Positions 31,237 to 41,441 of a stretch of 64,000 bases of DNA are shown here, one piece after another. The position numbers were made by a program, and so were the translations under genes. The stretch is taken from contig JAJECI010000001.1 in assembly GCA_022822065.1 (NCBI GenBank), positions 23,141 to 87,140 on the forward strand, in the 5' to 3' direction. This DNA is from Candidatus Dadabacteria bacterium. GTDB taxonomy: Bacteria > Desulfobacterota_D > UBA1144 > Nemesobacterales > Nemesobacteraceae. The notes under the pieces were generated by a model. It saw only the letters and a program-made list of their open reading frames with translations. It was not told the origin of the DNA and did not search any database. The number at the start of each line of letters is the position of its first letter. Within the stretch, counting starts at the first letter, position 1.

Positions 31237-32712
31237 ATGAAAAAAATAACGGATCTTCGCTTTGAGAATTCCTACGCGGAACTGCCGTCCGGGTTCTACC
31301 AGAAAAAAGATCCCGTTCCGTTCAAGAGCCCTCATATGGTGGCGTTTAACGAAACCCTGGCGGCGGAACTCGGCATAGACCCGGATGAGAAACGAAATCC
31401 CCTTCTCGCCGAGTATCTCTGCGGGAAAAAGCCACTTCCGGGCACAGACCCCCTCGCGATGTACTACGCCGGGTGGCAGTTCGGAGTCTACAATCCGCAC
31501 CTTGGAGACGGAAGGGCGCTTCTGCTCGGCCAGATAGTCGACGAGCGCGGCCGCGGATGGGACCTTCACCTAAAGGGTTGCGGAGCGACCAGATTCTCAA
31601 GGGGCTTTGACGGAAGGGCCACGCTCAGGTCCTCCATAAGGGAGTATCTAGGAAGCGAGGCTCTCCATCATCTGGGCATTCCGTCCACGAGAGCGTTCTG
31701 CGTGGTGGGGAGCACGGAGAAAATCGAGAGAGAAACCCGAGAACCCGCCGCGATGATGCTCCGGGTCGCGGAAACCCACGTGCGCTTCGGTTCGTTCGAA
31801 GGTTTTTACTACCGCGGCGAGGAGGCAAGCGTCCGGACGCTTGCCGATTACGTGATCGCCAGCCACTACCCAGATATTCCGAGCGGAACAAAGGAAGGCT
31901 ACGGGTTCTTTCTTATAGCGGCTGCGGAGAAAACGGCGGTCACCGCCGCCAAGTGGCAGGCTTTCGGCTTCACCCACGGAGTGATGAACACCGACAACAT
32001 GTCCGTAACGGGTCTCACCCTTGACTACGGACCGTACGGATTCCTGGAAACCTTCGACAGGGATTACGTCTCTAACCACTCGGATCATTTCGGCAGGTAC
32101 AGCTACGGAAACCAGCCCGCGATCGCGCGCTGGAACCTTGAGAAATTCGCAAAATCCCTGGAAAGTCTCGTGGACGAAAAACAGGCCGCCCGCGCGATTG
32201 AGGCCTACAACAAGACATTCTCTCGGACTTACAGAGAACTCATGCTGCGCAAGTTCGGCTTTGAGAAGGAAAAAAAGGAGTCCCTCCGGTTTGTTGAAAA
32301 AACCCTCGGGACGCTTGCCGAATCCGGGACGGACTACCATATCTTTCTAAGAAGCCTCTCCGACGTAAGCCGCGACGGCTCTTTCGGAGAAAACCCCCGG
32401 CTCGCGGAACTCTGCGCGGCCTCGGAAAAGTGGCGGCAGTGGATCTCGGAGTACGCCGGTGAGCTTAGGGGAAATTCGCTTCCCGACCCAGAGAGAAAGA
32501 AGCTCATGGATTCCGTAAATCCCAGGTACGTTTTGAGAAACCACATAATGGAAACCGCCATAAGGGAGGCCCTTGAGCGTGGGAACTACTCGGAGATAGA
32601 AAAAGTAAGAAAAATATTCGAGAATCCCTTCTCGGAGCAGCCGGAGCATGAAAGCTACGCGGGGGTCTCTCCCGAGTGGGCCAAAGACCTCGTCGTTAGC
32701 TGCCTTTCCTAG
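31237..32712 (+). CDS. selO: Protein adenylyltransferase SelO (YdiU/UPF0061 family).
   Basis: Pseudokinase-fold motifs …GDGRALLLGQ…HLKGCGATRFSRGFDGRA…GVMNTDNMSVTGLTLDYGPYGFLE…. Confidence 0.85.
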   Translation: MKKITDLRFENSYAELPSGFYQKKDPVPFKSPHMVAFNETLAAELGIDPDEKRNPLLAEYLCGKKPLPGTDPLAMYYAGWQFGVYNPHLGDGRALLLGQIVDERGRGWDLHLKGCGATRFSRGFDGRATLRSSIREYLGSEALHHLGIPSTRAFCVVGSTEKIERETREPAAMMLRVAETHVRFGSFEGFYYRGEEASVRTLADYVIASHYPDIPSGTKEGYGFFLIAAAEKTAVTAAKWQAFGFTHGVMNTDNMSVTGLTLDYGPYGFLETFDRDYVSNHSDHFGRYSYGNQPAIARWNLEKFAKSLESLVDEKQAARAIEAYNKTFSRTYRELMLRKFGFEKEKKESLRFVEKTLGTLAESGTDYHIFLRSLSDVSRDGSFGENPRLAELCAASEKWRQWISEYAGELRGNSLPDPERKKLMDSVNPRYVLRNHIMETAIREALERGNYSEIEKVRKIFENPFSEQPEHESYAGVSPEWAKDLVVSCLS

Positions 32713-34840
32713 TCGGCGAGAAAGCTCGCGAGGATCTTTTTCACGCCGGAGCCGAAAAAATCAACCGTGGCAGCCGCTTTATCTCCCTTTCCGTCAATCC
32801 GTTTAACGACCCCGGGACCGAAAACGCTGTGGGTAACCCTCTGTCCGGGCCTCAAGCTCCGACCGGTGTTTTCCGGTTCATACGCCTTCTCGCTTGAAGC
32901 CGAATCGGAATAACCGCGGGAATCCCGGCCGGAGAGTTCTCGCTTGCGGGATTCGTAGATGACATGCTCGGACGGGAGATCATCCAGAAAAACTGACCTA
33001 TGGGTGCTGTATACGCTACCCGAGGCGGTTCTTGAAGAAGTGTAGCTAATGTGGAGAAGTCTCTCGGCGCGAGTAACCGCAACGTAGAGAAGTCTTCTCT
33101 CTTCCTCAAACCCCTCCGGAGTTATCATGGATTTTTGATGCGGAAGCAAGCCGTCGTTTACCCCGATCACGAACACCGCCGGGAACTCAAGCCCCTTGGC
33201 CGCGTGAATCGTCATGAGGGAGACTTTTTCCTCTCCGGAATCCCCCCTGTCCTCATCCGTCGCAAGCAGAACGAGGTCAAGAAAATCAGAAAGAGTGATA
33301 TCACTCCAGTCCTCGGCCGCGTTTAAAAATTCCTCGATATTCTCACTCCTCTGGAGATCCTCTCCCAAATAATCCATATAGCCAATACGCTCAAGAAGAG
33401 ACTTAATCACGCGCGCCACCGGCTGACTCTCCGCCATCGAACCAAGCTCCTTTATGATCTCAAGAAAACGGGATAGGGCGCGCAGAGCCTGCGCAGGCAG
33501 AAGATCATGCTCCCGGCAGTATTCGGCCGCTTCGAAAAGGGCGAATCCACCGCCTTGAGATACCTCGCGAAGCTTCCGAAGCGTGACTCCCCCTATCTTT
33601 CTCGGCGGAACGTTCACTATTCTAAGGAAGCTGACGTCATCCCTCGGGTTCTGAACCAATCGCAGGTAGGCAACTATGTCCTTTATCTCCGCTCTCTGGT
33701 AAAAGCCGACTCCCGACACTATCCTGTAGGGAATTCCTCCAGCCCTCAGTGCCTCCTCAACCACTCTAGACTGAAAGTTGGCCCTGTAGAAAACCGCCAC
33801 GTCGCTCCACTTGAAATCTCCGGATTCGACCAGACCTGAAATCCGCTCCACGACAAACCGCGCCTCGTCGGCATTGTCGAGAGCCTTGAACACCACCGCT
33901 TTCTCCCCCTCGGGATTCTCAGTCCAGAGGGTTTTTTCCTTCCTCCTCTGGTTTTTCTCTATTACCGAGTTTGCAATTCCAAGTATAGTGGACGTTGAGC
34001 GGTAATTACGTTCAAGCTTCGTAATCTTCGTCCCGGAAAAGCTCTCCTCGAAATTCAGGATATTGTTTATGTCGGCTCCCCTCCACCCGTAAATCGACTG
34101 GCTGTCGTCGCCCACGACGAAAAGGTTGCGGTGGTGCTGCGAGAGAGTCTTTGCAAAACGATACTGAGGAACGTTGCTATCCTGATACTCATCAATGAGT
34201 ACGTGAAAAAATCTGTCCTGACAGCGGGTGCAAACATTTTCGTTCTCAGAAAGAAGCTTATTTGTCTGGAGAAGTAAGTCATTAAACGTCATGGCGTTTC
34301 GCTTCACAAGCTCGTTTTTGTATAAACCATAAAGCTCGCTGAGCCTGTGACCGTAAAAATCGTCCTTGAAAAACACGTCTCCTCGGTTCTCAACAGCGTC
34401 AAATTCGAAAAGCACTCCCTTGGGCGAAAAAAGGCTTTCCCCGTAGTCAAGTTCCTTCAGGCAGCTTTTTAAAAGGCTGAGTTGATCACCTTGGTCATAG
34501 ATGACAAAATCCTTTGTGTAGCCCTCGAGAAAATCTGCCTCTATCTTGAGAATCCGAAGGCAGATCGAGTGGAAAGTGCCGATCCAAGTACCGTTTATCC
34601 GATCGCCTACCAACTCCGTTGCTCTTTTTTTCATCTCCGCTGCTGCCTTGTTGGTAAAGGTTACGGCCAGAATGTTCCAAGGAGGAATCAAAAGATCGGT
34701 TATGAGGTAGGCAATCCGGTGGGCTATGACCCTGGTTTTCCCGGAACCTGGACCCGCAAACACAAGCAAGGGACCTTCTCCGTGGCTTACGGCTTCGATC
34801 TGGGAAGGGTTAAGTCCTTTAAGAGAATTTTTCGGCACGG
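32709..34840 (-). CDS. uvrD: UvrD/PcrA-family ATP-dependent DNA helicase.
   Basis: Walker A AGPGSGKTRV and SF1 helicase motifs. The likely start is GTG at 34840 (MPKNSLKGLNPSQIEAV…). The listed ATG at 34901 would run into tRNA-Gln. Confidence 0.85.
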
Positions 34841-34859
34841 GCTCTTGAACCGTTTTTTC

Positions 34860-34933
34860 TGGCTGGGGCGGGAGGACTCGAACCCCCACTACCGAGACCA
34901 AAACCCGGTGTCCTGCCGTTAGACGACGCCCCA
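34860..34933 (-). tRNA. tRNA-Gln, anticodon TTG, CCA encoded.
   Basis: The reverse complement TGGGGCGTCGTCTAACGGCAGGACACCGGGTTTTGGTCTCGGTAGTGGGGGTTCGAGTCCTCCCGCCCCAGCCA folds as a cloverleaf. It has a 7-bp acceptor stem, the anticodon loop TTTTGGT and a GGTTCGAGTCC T-arm. Confidence 0.8.
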
Positions 34934-35111
34934 GTCGGCAAGAATTCTTATGTTACCACATTCGTGCGACTGTTAAAGAAAAAACCAAAACTGCGAGCAT
35001 GGGTTAAGATCAGATAGGTCAAACCGCTGATATTCAACACGGATCAGGCAAGGAATGGACCGTTAAATACCAACTTGGCAATAGCCCGACCGCTACTGAC
35101 GGAGAGAAAAA

Positions 35112-36371
35112 TTACCGGGAGCCCGAAGCGGTCTCGCAAGTGACGCCGGCGTATTCCCAGGAAGTGCAGTCATGCACTCCGGGTTCTGAATACGCACACT
35201 CAAGCAGGGCTTCTTCCGTACCGTCGCACTCCACATCGTCAAGCAGGAAAAGCAGCGAGGGCTGCCCTATCCAGATTACGCCTGTTACGGCGGTGCCTCC
35301 GGATAAACCCAACTGGCTGCACGCAACAGTCGCGTCGTCGTCATCCCAGAGGTCATCGCATATCCCCTTCCATTGCTTGGTATGATCATCGAATATCTGA
35401 AGAAGACCCGAGCTGGAATCCGACACCTCGCCGGTCTCAAGGCTGGTAGTGGAAATCAGTCGAAGGCTGCCGTCGGGAAGGTCGGGATAAACCGGCCCCA
35501 CGTCGAAACTTTCGACCTGCTCCGAATTGCCCGCGTCATCGGTGAATCTGATTCTTACCTTTACCCAGTTCTCCTCGTCCCCGGACTGAAAAACGTAGAC
35601 GGAATTCGTCGCGTCCGGAATTTCGGTCTCGTTGTAGGCTAGATCGGACCTGATCCATTGGTAGGAAAACGAACTCTCCTCCGCAGGCTTGCCGTCTGCG
35701 TCAGTGATCCCGGAGTGGTCTGCGGTCACAGAAACTCCCGTTTTGGTCTCCGTGCCCCTGATCGCGATATGGCCGACGGCGTCGTTGTTCGAGGTTTTGG
35801 CTTCGCAGCTGACGCCGAAAGCCTCGTTGTCGCCGCAGTTGTTCTCCCCGTGCACCGAATGCTTGCACTTGTCCTCTCCAAGAATCCTGGCCTCAGAACC
35901 CGAGCATTCAAGATCGTCGAGCAGGTAATACACCGACGGGTCCTCCGCGGCGCTTGCGGGCACCGCGAGCCCGGTAAGCGGAGTTCCTCCCGAGAGACCC
36001 AGCTGGCGACAGGCGACCTCCGCCTCCTGCCTGCCGATCACCCGAATATTGTTGTCCTCTTGCGTTCCCAGCGTCCCGAGTCCGTCATCGCATATCCCCT
36101 TCCATTCGCCGGTGCCGTCACCATCGGGGTCATCGAATATTTCAAGCCTGCCCGATGGGGCGGGAACAATAACAAGGCTCACTACCGTGTCCGTAGTCGT
36201 ATCCACCAATCTGAGATCGCCGTCCACACTGGTCTCCTGGGTGTTGACCTCAGCAGGCCCTCCCATAAGCAGAAGCCCTAGCAGAAGCCCGGCGGCCACA
36301 ACGAAAACGCGCGATACACTCAAGGCCTTAGTGACTCCTCCTCCAACGCGTACCGCGGAACGCCTCCGCAT
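35112..36371 (-). CDS. Secreted protein with two SRCR (scavenger receptor cysteine-rich)-like domains flanking a central beta-rich domain.
   Basis: N-terminal signal/TM segment. Two ~105-aa repeats match the SRCR pattern (GRLEIFDD…WKGICDD…ACRQLGLSGG…LDDLECSGSE…C…HNCG…GVSCE and the second copy LLQIFDD…WKGICDD…ACSQLGLSGG…LDDVECDGTE…HDC…GVTCE). Confidence 0.6.
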   Translation of the reverse strand: MRRRSAVRVGGGVTKALSVSRVFVVAAGLLLGLLLMGGPAEVNTQETSVDGDLRLVDTTTDTVVSLVIVPAPSGRLEIFDDPDGDGTGEWKGICDDGLGTLGTQEDNNIRVIGRQEAEVACRQLGLSGGTPLTGLAVPASAAEDPSVYYLLDDLECSGSEARILGEDKCKHSVHGENNCGDNEAFGVSCEAKTSNNDAVGHIAIRGTETKTGVSVTADHSGITDADGKPAEESSFSYQWIRSDLAYNETEIPDATNSVYVFQSGDEENWVKVRIRFTDDAGNSEQVESFDVGPVYPDLPDGSLRLISTTSLETGEVSDSSSGLLQIFDDHTKQWKGICDDLWDDDDATVACSQLGLSGGTAVTGVIWIGQPSLLFLLDDVECDGTEEALLECAYSEPGVHDCTSWEYAGVTCETASGSR

Positions 36372-36587
36372 CCGAGGAGATTTCTCGATTGTCCCAAAAG
36401 TGTTGTCCTCATCTTAAAGACTGTCTTAAATCAGGCAAGCTTTCCGGTTCCGATCGGCTTTTCGCCGCTCTTAGGCATTTTACTTTCACTACCCGGTTTT
36501 TGCAAGCAAAACAGATATTTAGAAAATGCAGAACTGCCGGGCATAAGAAAGGTCTGCAACCGGGAACACGGGTTGTCAGTGACCAGA

Positions 36588-37454
36588 TCAGTCCGCAAGA
36601 AAATGCCAGCCGCTTATCCCCCGGGCCAGGAAAACGTCAAATTCGGAAGAGGTTCCCAGGTACCCGTAGACTTCCTCCGCCTCACGCTGTTCCCCGAAAA
36701 CGGAAAAAACCGACGACCCGCTTCCCGAGACGAGCACGAAGCGCGCCCCGAGCGAGCGGAAAATCTCTCCCAAGGAAAGAATCTCGGGAAACATCCCGAA
36801 CACCGCCGCCTCAAGACCGTTTTCAAGGGGGAAATCCCCCCTGCGGAACCGCTCCGCAAGAGAAACGGGATCGACTTTTTCGGGCGGGCGCTCCGGGCGC
36901 TCCCAGTTTTCGTAGACTTCCCGGGTCGAGAGGCTTTTTCCGGGGAAAAGGATAACGTAGTGAAAAAGCGGGAAATCAGAAAGCACCCTCACCCTCTCCC
37001 CCGCTCCCTCGACAAACGAAGAGGTGGATCTTACGAAGAACGGGACGTCGGATCCGAGAGATGCGGCCATCCGGAGCAGGTCCCGGTCGGCAAATTTCCC
37101 GAGGACCCTGTTAAGGCCCACCAAAACCGCCGCGGCGTTTGAGCTTCCTCCGCCTAGGCCGGCGCCTAGGGGAATATTCTTTTTTATCCCTATGGAGACC
37201 TTTCTCTGAATCCCGGCTTCCTCAAGATAAATGTGGGAGGCGGCCACGGCGAGATTGTCTTTTCCGGAAGGCATTTCCCTCCCCGAGCATGAAAGACTTG
37301 ACCCTCTCCCCGGTTCTACCGAAATGCTTACTTCGTCAAAAAGGCTTACCGGCTGCAGGACGGACTGGAGTTCGTGATAACCGTCGGAGCGCTTTCGGAG
37401 GATCCTGAGAAACAGGTTCACCTTCGCGGGGGAGAGAAGCTTCACGAAACTCAT
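36588..37454 (-). CDS. ispE: 4-diphosphocytidyl-2-C-methyl-D-erythritol kinase.
   Basis: GHMP kinase motifs (PLGAGLGGGSSNAAA). 4-nt overlap with the upstream gene. Confidence 0.9.
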   Translation of the reverse strand: MSFVKLLSPAKVNLFLRILRKRSDGYHELQSVLQPVSLFDEVSISVEPGRGSSLSCSGREMPSGKDNLAVAASHIYLEEAGIQRKVSIGIKKNIPLGAGLGGGSSNAAAVLVGLNRVLGKFADRDLLRMAASLGSDVPFFVRSTSSFVEGAGERVRVLSDFPLFHYVILFPGKSLSTREVYENWERPERPPEKVDPVSLAERFRRGDFPLENGLEAAVFGMFPEILSLGEIFRSLGARFVLVSGSGSSVFSVFGEQREAEEVYGYLGTSSEFDVFLARGISGWHFLAD

Positions 37455-38221
37455 TTTCGCGCCACATCCGGCTCGAAATTCATCGCGAGCCTCACGCTTC
37501 TAAGCGGAAGCACCAGTCTTTTCAGCTTCCCGGTTTCTTCATTGAAGCTTAGAAGAAGCTTGAACACTATGTATTTCCCCTCCGGGTTTTTCTCCCGAAG
37601 CCTGTACCTGTAGACGAAAACGCGGCCTTCCTCCTCGTTTAACTTTGCGTACGGGCGGCCGAGAATCTCTATCACTTCCGAGAAGTTCGGGATTTCCTTG
37701 GGTTCAAGTGATTTTACGGCCGCGGTGCTTGTTTTCGCGAGTTTTTTCACTTCGGCCCCGCCCACCGAGCCCATCACTTTCCCGAGAACTTCCTTGTTTA
37801 TATACTTGGTGAAGCGCTCGGGAAAGACAATCTCGCAGAGCTTTGCCCGACAAAGCTTCATCCCCATCGCCAGATCGAAATTCCCCCTTTCGCTCTTTCT
37901 ACCCGGGTACTTCTTCACCAGGGGATAGGTCCAGAGCTCAGTGTCCGCGGCAACATGGGTTTTTACGGGCGGCGAGTAGACCATGAGCCACTCCACATCT
38001 CCCGCGAGCAGCACGGGTTTCTTGAAGATGAGGCGGAGACCGTCGTGGTCGCTCACGCTGAAATTCTCGCTGAAATCCCCGAGATGGCTTTTTACCTCAA
38101 GGAACCTGAAGAGCCGGCATCCCCCCACTCCCAGACACAAGACAAGCAGAAAGGATATGAGAATTTTTCTTTGCGAAGGCGACTTTCCCATCGGCGATTT
38201 GGCATTTTCCTCCAGATACAT
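37451..38221 (-). CDS. lolB: LolB-like outer-membrane lipoprotein (DUF4292/LolB family).
   Basis: Lipoprotein signal (…LVLCLGVGGC), position immediately upstream of ispE as in lolB-ispE operons, and a beta-rich sequence. The start is taken at ATG 38221 (AAGGA RBS 9 nt upstream). The listed 38248 start would read into the IS inverted repeat. Confidence 0.5.
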   Translation of the reverse strand: MYLEENAKSPMGKSPSQRKILISFLLVLCLGVGGCRLFRFLEVKSHLGDFSENFSVSDHDGLRLIFKKPVLLAGDVEWLMVYSPPVKTHVAADTELWTYPLVKKYPGRKSERGNFDLAMGMKLCRAKLCEIVFPERFTKYINKEVLGKVMGSVGGAEVKKLAKTSTAAVKSLEPKEIPNFSEVIEILGRPYAKLNEEEGRVFVYRYRLREKNPEGKYIVFKLLLSFNEETGKLKRLVLPLRSVRLAMNFEPDVARK

Positions 38222-38224
38222 TAG

Positions 38225-39484
38225 AGAATTATCCTTTTTAGTTAACAAAGGTTTCTGAGTCTCTTATGAGTTAGGTATAATATAGTAATGATAAGGACTT
38301 ACAAGTGCAGGGTGAGATTATCCAAGCCGGGGCATGAGAGGCTTGGGGAGATATTCGCAATGTCTGCGGAACTGTACAATGCCTGCCTTGAGGAGCGTAT
38401 TGACTGCTACAGGAAGACGGGTGAATCCCGTTCGTACTATGACCAGTGCAAGGCGTTGACCGAGGTGAGGGCGGAATTGCCGGAGTTCGCAGATATAAAC
38501 CTTCAGGTGTTCCGTGGTGTTCTCGGTCGTATAGACAAGGCGTACAAGTCATTCTTTCGCAGGGTGAGAACCAAGGAGAAAGCCGGTTTCCCCCGCTTCA
38601 AGAGTGGTCGGAGATGGCGAACCATCGAGATTAACGACCAAGCTTGGCATATGCTCAAGCGTGAGGGAAGCAAGTTCGTCCTCAAGGTAAAGGGGCTTCC
38701 CCGCATAGAAGTGAAGCCTTCCCGGGAACTCCCGCCTAATAATCTGCTTAAGGCAATACGAATTACCAGAAAGCCTTTGCGTACTGAAGTGGCCCTGTCT
38801 TACGACCTGCAGGCTCCCGAGGCAAAACCAGTCAGCAATCCCGTCGGGATAGACATGGGGGTATCGAAGCGTCTTACCTTAAGTAACGGGGAAACCGTGG
38901 AGAAGAGGGAGATAGACAGAAAGAGGCTGATACGCCTGCAACGCTCCGTCTCACGAAAGAAGAAAGGTTCTAACAACCGGAGAAAGGCCGTATCCCTGCT
39001 CGCAAAGGAATGGCAAAGGCTTACGGATAAGGAAAGAGACTATCTTCACCGTCTGAGTGCGGAAATAGTAAAGATGTACGGATTCATAGCGGTAGAGAAA
39101 CTAAGAACAAAGAGCATGCTCCGCAACAGGAATTTAGCAAAGAGCATCCAAGAGCAGGCTTGGGGCAGGTTCATTACGCTACTTAACGAGAAGGCTGAAA
39201 GCGCTGGCGTTAAGATGGTGGAAGTGGACCCCAAGGGAACCTCGCAGGAATGCTCAAGTTGCGGAGCAACGGTGCAGAAGAATCTGTCCGTCCGGACGCA
39301 TAAATGTTCATGCGGATATGAAGCGGACAGGGACGTGAACGCTGCGATAAACATCCTTCATCGAGGTATCTCGATTGCGGGCGGGAATCTTACCCGCATG
39401 GCCGGAAGGATGAGAGAGAAGCGGGGGGTTGCCCTCGCTCGGCCAAGAACAGTCCTTGAAAGTGTCAACTAAAAAGGATAATTC
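38225..39484 (+). mobile_element. IS200/IS605-family (IS1341-like, tnpB-only) insertion element bounded by 18-bp perfect inverted repeats.
   Basis: GAATTATCCTTTTTAGTT at 38225-38242 and its reverse complement AACTAAAAAGGATAATTC at 39467-39484. It encloses a single tnpB gene. The element interrupts the presumably ancestral lolB-ispE / fxsA intergenic region. Confidence 0.6.
38288..39472 (+). CDS. tnpB: TnpB (OrfB), RuvC-like RNA-guided nuclease of IS200/IS605 family.
   Basis: RuvC-I GIDMGV, a zinc ribbon CSSCG…CSCG and RuvC-III DRDVNAAINI. A TATAAT box lies ~10 nt upstream of the ATG. No tnpA is adjacent. Confidence 0.85.
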   Translation: MIRTYKCRVRLSKPGHERLGEIFAMSAELYNACLEERIDCYRKTGESRSYYDQCKALTEVRAELPEFADINLQVFRGVLGRIDKAYKSFFRRVRTKEKAGFPRFKSGRRWRTIEINDQAWHMLKREGSKFVLKVKGLPRIEVKPSRELPPNNLLKAIRITRKPLRTEVALSYDLQAPEAKPVSNPVGIDMGVSKRLTLSNGETVEKREIDRKRLIRLQRSVSRKKKGSNNRRKAVSLLAKEWQRLTDKERDYLHRLSAEIVKMYGFIAVEKLRTKSMLRNRNLAKSIQEQAWGRFITLLNEKAESAGVKMVEVDPKGTSQECSSCGATVQKNLSVRTHKCSCGYEADRDVNAAINILHRGISIAGGNLTRMAGRMREKRGVALARPRTVLESVN

Positions 39485-39538
39485 CCATGTATTATTATAC
39501 CGTACAGACAACCGGGATTTACCTCTAAAAGACTTCAA

Positions 39539-39937
39539 ATGTTCGCAAGACTGATAATTCTGTTCACCGTGGTTCCGCTCATTGAGCTCGCGCTGCTCAT
39601 AAAGCTCGGGAACGTGATAGGACTCTGGCCGACCATACTCATAGTCATAGGGACGGGGGTGCTGGGAGCGGCGCTTGCCAGAAGCCAGGGAACGCAGGTC
39701 GTAAGCGCGATAAGGGCTGAGCTCGCCGAAGGCAGGCCGCCCACCGAAAGCCTCTTAAATGGTCTTTTAGTACTCGTGGGAGGGGTCGTGCTTATCACCC
39801 CCGGGCTACTCACCGATCTTCTCGGCTTCTCCCTTCTTGTTCCCTCCACCAGAAACTGGTTCAAGAGAAAACTTCAAGGCAGGCTGAAGAAATACGCGCA
39901 GAGAAGCTCAGGCTCCGCGACCATAATAATACGCTGA
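39539..39937 (+). CDS. fxsA: FxsA family cytoplasmic membrane protein.
   Basis: Two N-terminal TM helices, then …ITPGLLTDLLGFSLLVP… (FxsA signature PGFxTDxxG), 132 aa. Confidence 0.8.
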   Translation: MFARLIILFTVVPLIELALLIKLGNVIGLWPTILIVIGTGVLGAALARSQGTQVVSAIRAELAEGRPPTESLLNGLLVLVGGVVLITPGLLTDLLGFSLLVPSTRNWFKRKLQGRLKKYAQRSSGSATIIIR

Positions 39938-39957
39938 AGGTCCGAGACGGCGCCCGC

Positions 39958-40533
39958 TCACGGCTGAAACGGCTCGTGGCTTATCTTGTGTATTATCGGC
40001 ATGGAGAAACTCACCGACTCCATGAGCTTCTGTCCGTACTCAATCACCCACTGCTCGGGAGCCAGGGAATAGAAGTCCGCAAGCGTCATCCACTCCCCTC
40101 CCCTCACTATCTCCCCGTGGTCCGCGCTTACCAGAAAAGCGGTCATGTCTCCGCCGTCCATGGCGTTTAGCACCGAGCACTCTGCGTAGGAATGTATTCC
40201 CTCTAGGACGGGACAGCCGTTTTTGCCCTCGAAATGGTCTATGCCGGTAAACTTTTGTTTTTCCCTGCCCGAATAAAAGCCGAAGTTCCGCACAAGGGCG
40301 ATCTGATCCCTTTTGAGGAGATGAACCACGAGATTTCTGCTTTCCATTATGAACCCGTGGGTGTGGTTTCCCTTCCATATCCCCACAAGAAGCCTGGGCA
40401 CCGTGTGGACTATGGAGGAGGTGACAAGCGTCACCGCCACCTGGCCGTTTATCTCATCCTCCCGCCTGCTGGTTATGACCACCACCGGGCAGTTGTGCCA
40501 GAAAATTCCGGAAACTGAAGGCGCGTCGTTCAC
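39958..40533 (-). CDS. Flavin reductase-like FMN-binding protein.
   Basis: Split-barrel flavin reductase family resemblance (…VAVTLVTS…), 191 aa. Confidence 0.5.
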   Translation of the reverse strand: MNDAPSVSGIFWHNCPVVVITSRREDEINGQVAVTLVTSSIVHTVPRLLVGIWKGNHTHGFIMESRNLVVHLLKRDQIALVRNFGFYSGREKQKFTGIDHFEGKNGCPVLEGIHSYAECSVLNAMDGGDMTAFLVSADHGEIVRGGEWMTLADFYSLAPEQWVIEYGQKLMESVSFSMPIIHKISHEPFQP

Positions 40534-40676
40534 TGAAAAACTCCTTGTTTTTATCCCGGGCGGAAAATGCCGCGGGAAAATTGAAAAAACATCCCCCGTG
40601 TGCTATAGTAACCCCGTCTTTTAAGTTTACCCGCTACACTGCGGGAACGCCTTTTAAACGGACTGAAATCCTGATC

Positions 40677-41441
40677 ATGAAAAAAATAATCCCGGCGGTC
40701 GCTTTTCTTTTTCTGCTAGTGGGTGTTCTGCACATCTCGGGGTGCTCGAAGAAGGTTCCCCCGCCCACTCCCTCGGCAGACACTCAGGAAAGAGTCTTGG
40801 CCCTATCGGAGAGGCTTGAAGAGGCCCGGGCGGAGGGTGCCGAAGACACTTGGGAGTATGAAGAGGCGCAAAAGCTTTTCGAGAGGGCCCAGACCCTCAT
40901 AAGCGAAGGGGAACTTGAGGAAGCCGAGAAAGTCCTTGCACAGGCGGAACTAAAGGCCACGCAGGCAATCGGCGCCGCCAGGGAAGGCGCCTACATGGAG
41001 GGCTTTGACGAAGAAGCCCAGGAAATGCGGAAATCCCTGCTAAGCGACGCCTTCTCCAGGGAAAACCTGATAGACCTTCCCACCTCGGACGTGTTCTTTG
41101 AATTTGACAGTGCGGAGATATCGGAAGAGGGAATGGAGATAATCGACGGCAACATAAGCATCTTCGAAAAAAACAAAGACAAAATCAAATTCATTCTCGT
41201 CTTCGGTTTCTGCGACATCCGCGGGACGGAGGAATACAACCTCTCCCTTGGAAAGAAAAGAGCGGATGAAGTCAAGAAATACATGATCGGAAAAGGGATG
41301 TCTCCCGACATGCTGCACTCCATCAGCAAGGGAGAGACGGAAATATGGCAGGAGGGAACATCGGAGGAGGCTTACAGCCGCAACAGGCGAGGACACTTCA
41401 TGGCCCTCTCCGACAATAATCCCCCACCCCCAGAAAACTAA
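40677..41441 (+). CDS. pal: Peptidoglycan-associated lipoprotein (OmpA C-terminal domain).
   Basis: Lipoprotein signal (LHISGCSKK) and an OmpA-like C-terminus (VFFEFDSAEI…FGFCDIRGTEEYNLSLGKKRADEV). The start is ATG at 40677. Confidence 0.8.
   Translation: MKKIIPAVAFLFLLVGVLHISGCSKKVPPPTPSADTQERVLALSERLEEARAEGAEDTWEYEEAQKLFERAQTLISEGELEEAEKVLAQAELKATQAIGAAREGAYMEGFDEEAQEMRKSLLSDAFSRENLIDLPTSDVFFEFDSAEISEEGMEIIDGNISIFEKNKDKIKFILVFGFCDIRGTEEYNLSLGKKRADEVKKYMIGKGMSPDMLHSISKGETEIWQEGTSEEAYSRNRRGHFMALSDNNPPPPEN

Noticed and set aside
34482-34922. 146-aa plus-strand ORF.
   Set aside because: It overlaps the uvrD 5' end in antisense and reads across tRNA-Gln.
36372-36587. Imperfect palindrome caaccggg-aaca-cgggttg downstream of ispE as a terminator.
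   Set aside because: The stem is imperfect and lacks a following T-tract on the relevant strand. The evidence is too weak to call.
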